DNA of 64,000 bases from an uncultured Acidobacteriota bacterium (GTDB taxonomy: Bacteria; Acidobacteriota; Thermoanaerobaculia; UBA5066): positions 32,001 through 96,000 of the forward strand of contig CAVZYA010000002.1 in the NCBI GenBank assembly GCA_963779415.1, read 5' to 3'. This document shows positions 40,555 to 48,808 of this stretch, one piece after another; position 1 is the first letter of the stretch, and each line of letters begins with the position of its first letter. The translations under genes were made by a program, and so were the position numbers. The notes beneath the pieces are model-generated. The model had not been told where the DNA came from. It worked only from the letters and a program-made list of their open reading frames with translations, and ran no database searches.

Positions 40555-40600
40555 CTTGAGATGCAATCTCAAGCTAGGATCGCGACGCGCCGCTTGTCAA
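40555..40600 (-). promoter_or_regulatory. Sigma70 promoter with an overlapping palindromic operator, upstream of the 1187-aa gene
   Basis: Minus-strand TTGACA-N18-TAGCTT (40600-40571); perfect inverted repeat CTTGAGAT-GCA-ATCTCAAG at 40555-40573. Confidence 0.65.
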
Positions 40601-40699
40601 TGGCCGCACGAGACAGAAAAACGTTGCCTTCGCGGACAAATTGTGCGGTTCGTCACCCAAAGGACAACGCCGACGATGCCGCCCCGCTCCGCGAGTGGT

Positions 40700-42394
40700 C
40701 TACGGGCTCATCTCGTAGGCATCGGCGAGCGGGAGGATCTCCCTTGCGAAGATCGCGGCCGCCCGGCCGGCGTCCGGCGCGGGGCGGCGGACGAGCGAGA
40801 GGCACGCCGCCGCCTGCTCGGCCGTCGCTCCCGCCCGGCCGTGCAGCTCGACGGCGAAGCGGGAGAAGTCGCGGACGAAGACGTCGAAGATCTGGTCGAC
40901 GACGTCGGGGGCGACGCCGAGCAGGGGGGCGTTCTCGAGGATGAGCTGGCCGTAGACGACGAGGGTGAAGAGCTCGCCCAGCGTCAGGACGAGATCGAGG
41001 TCCTTCTGCTGCGCCTCGGTCAGCCGCTGCCTCGCGAGAAGAGCCTGCAGCCCGGCGATCTGCTCCCGGAAAAGGGCGACGTTCGGGAGGTCGAACGCCC
41101 CGTACGCCTTCCCAAGGTCGTGGAACCGGATCTTCGAAAGGCCGCGCGCCGGCCCCTGGTCGAAGAGGAAGAGGTCGTCCGCCGGGTCGGTCCGCCGCGG
41201 CACCTCGGGACACGCGGAGGGGGTGAAAAGGACGTTCGGGAGGAACTTCAGGATCAGGGCGATGTTGACGTGGACCGTCCCTTCGAGCTTCGGCAGCGCC
41301 CGGATGTCGCGCGTCGCCATCTCGAAGATCGTCTCCTTCTCGAAGCCCTTCGCGGCGATTACGTCCCAGAGGAGGTCGATGACCCGCTCCCCTTCCGTCG
41401 TCACCTTCATCTTCACGACCGGGTTGTAAAGAAGGTACCGCCGGTCCTCGCGCGTCGCGGAGCGGAAGTAGTCCGCCGCGCGGAGGGCGAAGAGCCGCAT
41501 CGCGACGAGGCGTGTCCAGGCGTCCGTGAACATCCGCGTAACGTGCGGGAAGTCCGTCACGCTCATGCCGTAGAGGCGCCGCCGCGACGCGTGCCGGATC
41601 GCCTCGTAGAAGGCGTGCGTCGCGATGCCGATCGAGGCCCAGCCGAGGTTGTACTTCCCGACGTTGACCGTGTTGAGCGAAGCGTCCCACGCCTCCGGGC
41701 CGCAAAGGAGGATCTCGTCGTCCGCCACCGGGTAGTCGTTCAGGGCGAACTCCGCCACGTACGACTGCGACGTGCAGACGTTCTGGACCAGCTCGTAGTT
41801 CGGGTGGCGCGGATCGGCGGCGAAGAAGACCCACTCGTTCCCCTCGGCCCTCTTCCCGAAGACCGAGAGGAGCGCCGCCTCGTTGCCGTTCCCGATGTAG
41901 TACTTCCGGCCGTTCGCCGCGTATCCGCCTCCCGGGCTCTTCGCGAGTCGCATCTCCGTCGAGTAGATGTCCGCCCCGTGCGCCTTCTCCGAGAGGCCGA
42001 ATCCGAAGACCCCTCCCTCCGCAAGAAGCGCCGCCGCTCGCCTCTTCATCGCCTCGCTCCGGCTCATCCAGAACGGGCCCAGTCCCAGAATCGTCACCTG
42101 CCACGCGTACCAGTACGGCAGGCCGTAAAAGCCGAGAACCTCGTTGAAGGCGCAATTCCGGAAGGTGTCCCAGCGCGCTCCCTCGCCGCCGTACGCCGAC
42201 GGCGTGAGCAGGGTCGCGAAAACCCTCTTTTCCTTCTGGAAATCGAGAAAGTCGCGGTACCAGACGTGGTCCCGGTCGTCCTCCTTCAGCTTCTTCTTTC
42301 CCTTGGCCTCGAAGAAGGCGACCGTGTCGCGGATGACTCCGGCCGAGAGCGGATCCAGCGGAAGGTCGGGGCGGCGGGGGTCGAGAAGGAGCAT
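40700..42394 (-). CDS. Acyl-CoA dehydrogenase family protein
   Basis: FGLSEKAHGAD, NGRKYYIGNG, R.LYG and KLEGT; GAGG RBS. Confidence 0.9.
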   Translation of the reverse strand: MLLLDPRRPDLPLDPLSAGVIRDTVAFFEAKGKKKLKEDDRDHVWYRDFLDFQKEKRVFATLLTPSAYGGEGARWDTFRNCAFNEVLGFYGLPYWYAWQVTILGLGPFWMSRSEAMKRRAAALLAEGGVFGFGLSEKAHGADIYSTEMRLAKSPGGGYAANGRKYYIGNGNEAALLSVFGKRAEGNEWVFFAADPRHPNYELVQNVCTSQSYVAEFALNDYPVADDEILLCGPEAWDASLNTVNVGKYNLGWASIGIATHAFYEAIRHASRRRLYGMSVTDFPHVTRMFTDAWTRLVAMRLFALRAADYFRSATREDRRYLLYNPVVKMKVTTEGERVIDLLWDVIAAKGFEKETIFEMATRDIRALPKLEGTVHVNIALILKFLPNVLFTPSACPEVPRRTDPADDLFLFDQGPARGLSKIRFHDLGKAYGAFDLPNVALFREQIAGLQALLARQRLTEAQQKDLDLVLTLGELFTLVVYGQLILENAPLLGVAPDVVDQIFDVFVRDFSRFAVELHGRAGATAEQAAACLSLVRRPAPDAGRAAAIFAREILPLADAYEMSP

Positions 42395-42433
42395 CGCCTT
42401 ACCTCACAATTGACCCGATAATGTCACCACTCG

Positions 42434-43562
42434 ATGGGAAATGACCTCGTCGCCGCCTGCATCTACTGTGCGAGCCTTTTCCTCGGCCGTGACGCGCCCC
42501 CGCTCTACGGGTTCACCGGGGAGGTCATGGGGGCCTACGGGACGCTCCGGCGACAGACGGAGGCCCCCCCGGGCCGTTCCTATTCCGACACGACCGGAAA
42601 GTTCCCGTTCGTGGCGATCGGCTGGACTCGCCCGGCCGCGCCCGGGATGGGAGCGGGGACACCGGCCTGGGAGGTGAGCGGCCGGCTCGGGTGGGCCGCC
42701 TCGCATTCCGAAAGCTTCGAGCCCGAGGGAACTCCCGATCCGATCCTCTCTTCCGGCGCAGGACGCTTCGAAAACGTCGCGCTCGCCTTCCGCGGCGCCC
42801 TCGCGGGAAACGGCTCGGCCGAATTCCTCTTCGTCCAGCACCGGTTCGTGGGCGACGACGTCTACGACGTGGGCGGTCTCTTCCAGTACGCGGGGGAACG
42901 GCTCCTCATTGCCATGAGGCGCGACCTCTCGATCGGATGGCGCCAGCGATTCGCCGGCGCGGAGGTCGCCGTCGCGTCTCCAGCGCGCCCTCCTTCAGGG
43001 GAAGCTCAACACGGCCGACGGCCTCCTTCAGGGAGACGGGGCCGTCTGGGGGGGCGGCGCCGAGGCGCTCCTCGTCCGCGGTCCGTGGCGCTTCTTTCTC
43101 GGAGGCGAGTGGCTCTCCGGCTCGATCCCCCGGGAGGAGCAGTTCGGTCCTTCCTTCCAGCCCGGCTCGGGGCGGGACCCGGCCGTTCTGGGGGCCGCAG
43201 GCTTCTGGGCCGAGCGCTCTGTCGGGCGCGCCTCGTTCCGTCTCGCCGGCTTCTGGCAGAAAGCCGACATCGGCTGGGTCTCGTATTCGATGCTTGGCGA
43301 GACGCTCGCCCGCTTCAACGACGGCTTCCGCCCCGCCTCGGCATCCCGGACCCTTGGGATCGAGGTGACCGCTCGCGTTCTCGTCGGAACCGGCGTCTAG
43401 GTGAAGGCCTTCGGCCGCGCCGCCCGGACCGAGGAGACCGTCACCTTCACGGACGCCCTCTACGGCCGCCCCTCCGCGACGCTCGACGTCCTTTCCCCCG
43501 CGACGAACCAGTTCGCCTTCGGTCTCGGCCTCGAGTTCACCCTCGGCGGGAAGTCCTTCTAG
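42434..43562 (+). pseudogene. Putative outer-membrane beta-barrel protein; frameshift near 42975 and in-frame TAG at 43398-43400
   Basis: Alternating beta-strand pattern; the shifted frame ends NQFAFGLGLEFTLGGKSF*, with terminal Phe and a beta-signal-like last strand. Confidence 0.5.
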
Positions 43563-44071
43563 GGCATCCGCCGGAAGCGGAACTCCTCGCTCTTCCCGGC
43601 TCTCGTCCTCGTGACTTCGAGCGTCTCGCCGACGCGGCGGTACGCGAGCGAAACCGCCGGAGTGCCCCCGCCGGCCGGTCCCTCGAACCGTGCCGACTGA
43701 TTCTCGACCGCGACGAGCGGGAGGATCAGCGGCGCCCCCTTCTCTTCCCGTGCCGCGAGATCGGGGTCGAAGTGACGGAGCCGGAGGACGGGCCCCCCGG
43801 CTTCCTGCCTGATCACATACAGCTCGAGGTTCCTCACCCTTCCCTCCTCGACATATCGCCCCACGCCCGCCATCGAGTCCCCGGCAGGGAGAGTCCAGAT
43901 CTCCTCCGAGAGGTTCCGACCGGTGATCTCCACCCAGTGCCCGGAGAGGAACGCGATGTCGGCGACGGTCCGCCTGGCGAGTGCCGGCTTCGGCGCCGGC
44001 TGGGCCGGGACGGAGGACGCCGAGAGGAGGGCGACGGCAACGGGGAGCAGCAGAAACATCCGGCTGTTCAT
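43559..44071 (-). CDS. DUF6265-like secreted protein
   Basis: Signal peptide; FLSGHW, EEIW..P.G.SM.G and LRLRHF. Confidence 0.72.
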   Translation of the reverse strand: MNSRMFLLLPVAVALLSASSVPAQPAPKPALARRTVADIAFLSGHWVEITGRNLSEEIWTLPAGDSMAGVGRYVEEGRVRNLELYVIRQEAGGPVLRLRHFDPDLAAREEKGAPLILPLVAVENQSARFEGPAGGGTPAVSLAYRRVGETLEVTRTRAGKSEEFRFRRMP

Positions 44072-44125
44072 CCCGCCAATCTGCCCGATTGCCGCGCCAA
44101 GTCAAACGGCGGCCTCCGGAGAGGA

Positions 44126-44141
44126 TGATTCATGTGAATCA
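44126..44141. promoter_or_regulatory. Palindromic operator-like site between divergent genes
   Basis: TGATTCA-TG-TGAATCA, a perfect AT-rich 7-2-7 inverted repeat in a GC-rich background. Confidence 0.55.
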
Positions 44142-44214
44142 GAGCGCGGCAAGAGTCTTGATCGAGAATGGCCGGATCCGAAACTCTCGGATCACGAAAT
44201 ACGGAGGAATCAAG

Positions 44215-44484
44215 ATGAAGAAGACCACCGCCGCCGTCGTCGCCACGTTCGCCGCACTGGCGCTCGGCACCACCGCCCTCGCCACCATGGACATCCAGAA
44301 GGAGTACAAGGCGAAGGACGCCAAGGCCAACTGCGCCACCTGCCACAAGGAAAAGATGCCGAAGAAGGGCGCTGCCGACCTGAACGACTTCGGCAAGACC
44401 GTCGCGGCCGCCAAGGGGAAGGACGGGAAGATCGACTGGACGAAGGTCAAGGCTCCCGCCGCCCCCGCGGCTCCGGCCAAGTAA
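44215..44484 (+). CDS. Small monoheme c-type cytochrome, copy 1
   Basis: GGAGG RBS, Sec-type signal peptide, CATCH, then KMP and LNDFGK. Confidence 0.85.
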   Translation: MKKTTAAVVATFAALALGTTALATMDIQKEYKAKDAKANCATCHKEKMPKKGAADLNDFGKTVAAAKGKDGKIDWTKVKAPAAPAAPAK

Positions 44485-44502
44485 GGTTCGTTCTCCGAAT
44501 TC

Positions 44503-44537
44503 AGCGCCCCCGGGCGTCCTTTACCCGGGGGCGCTTT
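44503..44537 (+). terminator. Intrinsic terminator between convergent genes
   Basis: AGCGCCCCCGGG...CCCGGGGGCGCT stem followed by a T-rich tail. Confidence 0.7.
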
Positions 44538-44551
44538 CGTTCTTCTCCCGG

Positions 44552-45202
44552 CTACTTCTTCGGGAAGCCGATCGTCTGGGCGAGGACGATCCGCTGGTCA
44601 CTCCGGAGCTCCAGCGCCTTGCCGAGCACCGCCCGGTCGACGCTCCCTCGGACGACGGTCGAGAGGCCCGTCGCCGCGCACCAGAGGTAGACGTTCTGGC
44701 TGATGAAGGCCGCGTCCGAGGCCGCGTAGCGCTCGCGATCCTCCGGGGAGGCTCCCGTCATGCGCGAAAGGTCCGCCACGTAAACGAGGTTCAGCGGCGC
44801 GCCGCCGACGAAGTCCTGGACCCCGGTGAGGCTCCGGAGGTCTCCCTTGAGGACCCCGCGCAGCGCGTGGGCCTTCGCGTCGAAGAGGTAGACCCCCTCG
44901 CGAAGGACGACGTAGAGGTCGATCTCCTGCCAGTTCTTCGCCGACGGCGCCGTCCGACGCCCGTCTTCGCGATTGACGCCCCAGGCGGCCCAGAGAAGGT
45001 CCGCCACCGCCTGTGCGGGGAGCGGCGTCGGGGCGAACTCACGCGTCGACCTCCGCGCTCTCAGCGCGTCGACGAGCGTCGTGGAGACGTCCAGTTTCGG
45101 CTTCGGGAGGTCCACCGGCGGGGGAAGCTCGGCGGCCACGGCTCCGAGGGTGGCAACGAGGGCCGCCGCCACGGCGAAGAGATTCGCTCGGCAGAAGGTC
45201 AT
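44552..45202 (-). CDS. Nitroreductase family (SagB/ThcOx-like) flavoprotein with a signal peptide
   Basis: RRSTREF, LLWAA.G.N, RTAPSA and QNVYL...GL; GGAGG RBS. Confidence 0.85.
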   Translation of the reverse strand: MTFCRANLFAVAAALVATLGAVAAELPPPVDLPKPKLDVSTTLVDALRARRSTREFAPTPLPAQAVADLLWAAWGVNREDGRRTAPSAKNWQEIDLYVVLREGVYLFDAKAHALRGVLKGDLRSLTGVQDFVGGAPLNLVYVADLSRMTGASPEDRERYAASDAAFISQNVYLWCAATGLSTVVRGSVDRAVLGKALELRSDQRIVLAQTIGFPKK

Positions 45203-45332
45203 GACATCCTCCCTTCCGGCCACGCCCCCCGGTCGCAGCATCTTTTCGGAGCGTCAGTCTACGACTCCGGCCCGGCGCTGGCGCGCCCCTCGGTGAACAC
45301 CAAGACCCTGAAGCAGGCTATCGTGTAGCCAC

Positions 45333-47899
45333 TTGAACTCCGGCACCCGTCTCGGTCCATACGAGATTCTCGCGTCGCTCGGCGCGGGCGGGATGGGCGA
45401 GGTCTACCGGGCGCACGACACGAAACTCGATCGCGACGTGGCGATCAAGGTCCTCCCCGCCGGTCTTGCCGACGACCCCGAGGCGCTCGCCCGTCTCGAG
45501 CGCGAGGCGCGCGCGGTCGCGCAGCTCTCCCACCCGAACATCCTCGCCATCCACGACTTCGGGCGGCAGGGTGAAACGGCGTACGCGGTCATGGAGCTCC
45601 TCGAAGGCGAGACGCTTCGTGCGCGCCTCGAGGAGGGTGCGCTTCCTTCGCGCAAGGCCGTCGACATCGCCGTGCAGATGGCCGAGGGGCTGGCCGCGGC
45701 CCACGAGAAGGGGATCGTTCACCGCGACCTGAAGCCGGAAAACGTCTTCGTGACGGGAGACGGACGGGTGAAGTTGCTCGACTTCGGCCTCGCGAAGAAG
45801 ACGGGCCCGGCGATGGGTTCGGGCTCGCGCCTGCAGACGGTCGAGAAGCAGACCGAGCCCGGCACAGTGATGGGAACCGTGAGGTACATGTCGCCGGAGC
45901 AGGTGCGGGGCGAGGCAGCGGATCACCGCTCGGACATCTTCTCTTTCGGCGCGGTGCTCTTCGAGATGCTTTCGGGGCGGCAGGCGTTCAAGCGCGAGAC
46001 CGCGGCAGAAAGCATGACGGCGATCCTGAAGGAGGACCCGCCGGAGATCGCAGCGAGCGGCTCCGGGCCGTCGCCCGCGCTGCAGCGCATCGTGCAGCAC
46101 TGCCTGGAGAAGAAACCGGGAGAGCGCTTTCAGTCGGCGCGGGACATCGCCTTCAACCTGCAGGCGCTCTCTGGGTCCGCCGTCACGAGCGGGCCATCGG
46201 TCGCCGTCGCGCGCAGTGGATCGCGCCGTGGCTCACCGTCATTGCCGTCGCTGCCGTGCTGGGTGTTGCCAGGTCTGGCGTTGTACCGAAAAGGCGAGAA
46301 GGCGGGTCTGCGCTCGGCCGCGGAGATCAGCTTCCGCCAGATGAGCTTTCGTCCGCAGGCGATCTTCCAGGCCGCCTTCGCGCCGGACGGCGAGACGATC
46401 GTCTACAGCGCGGCGCTCGAGGGCAACGTCCCGGAGCTGTTCACGATCCGCCCCGAGTATCCCGAGCCACGCCCCCTCGGCCTCCCGCGTACGCATCTCC
46501 TGTCGATCTCCTCCAAGGGGGAGCTGGCCGTCCTGACGAACGCCCGCTTCATCGCGCACCGGCTGTTCACCGGCACTCTCGCGCGGGTCTCGCTCGGGGG
46601 CACCGCCCCGCGAGAGATCCTCGAGGATGTCCGTCAGGCCGACTGGTCGCCGGACGGATCCGAGCTGGCCATCATTCGTGTGGCGGAAGGAAAGGACCGG
46701 CTGGAGTTCCCGATCGGCAAGGTGCTCTACGAGACCGCGGGCTACCTGAGCGACCTTCGTGTCTCGCCCCGAGGCGACCGGATCGCCCTCTTCGAGCACC
46801 CCAGGCAGTGGGACGACCGCGGGTCGGTCATCGTCGTGGATCGGGCGGGAAAGCGTACCTTCCTTTCCGGCGACTATTGGGGGGAGGAGGGCCTTTCCTG
46901 GTCTCGGACAGGCGACGAGGTCCTCTTCACCGCCAGCACGGCAGGGAAAGCGTCAGACCCTCTATGGCGTCGATCTCTCCGGACACCGGCGGGTCGCCCT
47001 CCCGAGCGCCGGGGGGCTGACGATGCACGACGTCTCCCGCACCGGGCGCTGGCTCGTGACTCGCGACGACTATCGTTAGGAGATCTCCGTCCTGGCCCCG
47101 GGCGCAAGCGCCGAGCGCGATCTCTCCTGGCTCGATAACTCCTTGTCCCCGTTTCTTTCGCGGGATGGGAGCATGCTGCTTTTCGATGACGAGTCCGCTG
47201 CCGCTGGCGCCGAACTACGGGGTCTGCCTTCGGAAAACCGATGGCGGTCCCGTCGTACGCCTGGGAGAAGGTCAGGCCTACGGCCTCTCGCCGGACGGGA
47301 AGTGGGCGCTGGCCGTCATCGACACGCCGCCGCAGCTCGTGATCTACCCGACCGGTCCTGGAGAGACTCGGCGCCTCCCGCGAGGCGACCTGGAGACCTA
47401 CCAATCGGCCGGCTGGTTCCCGGACGGAAAGAGCGTCCTGGTTTGCGGCAACGAGGCCGGCAAGGCTTCGCGGTGTTATGTGCAGGACGTCTCGGGTGGC
47501 CTGCCACGGCCGGTCACACCAGAAGCAACGACGAACTGCACGGTTTCTCCGGATGGCCTGCAGATCCTCTACTCGAAACCGGGTGGAACCTGGTTCGTCC
47601 AGCGCGCCGGGGGTGGAACAGCTCAGCCCGTGCCCGGGCTGACCACGGACGACCAGGTCATCCGATGGAGCGCGGATGGCCGCTCTGTCTACGTTTTCCG
47701 CTCTGCGAATGTGCCGTTCCGGCTCGAGCGGCTGGACCTCGCCTCCGGCCGCCGCGTGCTGATTCGCGAGGTCGCTCCCGCCGACAGGACTGGTGTCTTC
47801 CGGATCTCGGGGGCCGCGCTGACGGACGACGCCAGGTCCTACGCGTACAGCTATCAGCGGATGACGTCGCAGCTCTTCGTCGTGGAGGGGGCGCGGTGA
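45333..47899 (+). pseudogene. Ser/Thr kinase - TM - TolB-like propeller; frameshifts near 46230/46270, 46950 and 47210, and in-frame TAG at 47077-47079
   Basis: [17 protein letters not shown] and DFG; WSPDG-type repeats spread over four ORFs; ends SQLFVVEGAR. Confidence 0.75.
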
Positions 47900-47928
47900 G
47901 CCTCCAGCCCGGCACGCGCCTCGGCCCA
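47896..47928 (+). pseudogene. 11-codon relic of another kinase N-terminus
   Basis: GTGA overlap, then (M)SLQPGTRLGP matching the paralog starts (GTRLGPY, GTKLGPY); similarity stops abruptly. Confidence 0.55.
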
Positions 47929-48468
47929 TGGCAAGCGGACTCCGCTCACTCCGAGAGCGGCACCATCCGCTGGCGAAACCAGATCGCCAGCGCCTCGGCC
48001 GTCATCTCGCCCCGCGCCGCCGAGAAGGTGACCTCCCCGATCTGCACGTCCGACGCGCGAAGGCGATGGCCGTTCATCTCGACGACGAACTCCGCCGCCG
48101 CGGGCGGCCGATGGTCTTCGCCGACGACCCCGGCGCGAAGGAAAACCGGGCGACGGTGCCTTTCTACTTCCACTTCGACGGCGTCTAGGCGTTCGTCGGT
48201 CTCCCCACCCAGCCATTCTGACGTGGAAGCCGTCCCTCTTCCGCGGCCGACGCCTCCCGGAACGAAGGAGCAGACCGTCCCTTTTTCGCTGCACCATTTC
48301 GTGTACCGTCATGACCGGATGCGAACGAACGGGAAGCCGAAGAGCCTATTCCACTCCCTCGCAGGGCGTTCAATGGGATCATTCGGCACACTTCACCTCT
48401 GGCACCGGACTTGATTGAACTTCCAGCGACCCGTACCGGGGATCACGGAACAAACTGAAGGAGAAGAG

Positions 48469-48729
48469 ATGAAAAAGACCACCGCCGCCGTCGTCGCCAC
48501 CCTCGCCAGCATTGCTCTGGGCAGCTCGTCCCTCGCCAACATGACCTACCTCAAGGAGTACAAGGAGGCCAAGAAGGAGACGAGCGCCACCTGCACCACC
48601 TGCCACATGGACAAGATGCCGAAGAAGGAGTCCCACGAGCTGAACGACTTCGGGAAGACCGTCAAGGCCGCCAAGGGGAAGGACGGGAAGATCGACTGGT
48701 CGAAGGTCAAGGTTCCCGCCAAGAGCTGA
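48469..48729 (+). CDS. Small monoheme c-type cytochrome, copy 2
   Basis: AAGGAG RBS, signal peptide, CTTCH, KMPKK and LNDFGKTV.AAKGKDGKIDW. Confidence 0.85.
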   Translation: MKKTTAAVVATLASIALGSSSLANMTYLKEYKEAKKETSATCTTCHMDKMPKKESHELNDFGKTVKAAKGKDGKIDWSKVKVPAKS

Positions 48730-48748
48730 CGTCTCGCGGGATCCGGGC

Positions 48749-48791
48749 GGAACGCGCCTCCGGGCCTCGGGTCCGGGGGCGTTTCCATTTT
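48749..48791 (+). terminator. Probable intrinsic terminator
   Basis: GGAACGC..CCTCCGG...CCGGGGGCGTTTCC hairpin followed by ATTTT. Confidence 0.55.
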
Positions 48792-48808
48792 GAGGGAAAC
48801 TCGACGAC

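Noticed and set aside
43398-47079. Two in-frame TAG codons as amber recoding or pyrrolysine
   Set aside because: TAG ends many intact genes here (e.g. 6756, 23360, 31446, 51977), both cases are in genes that also have frameshifts, and no pyl genes are present; error or decay is more likely
47946-47948. TGA followed by AESACHG as a second selenocysteine site
   Set aside because: No recognisable redox motif or family context, and the read-through would run into the antisense strand of the kinase stub
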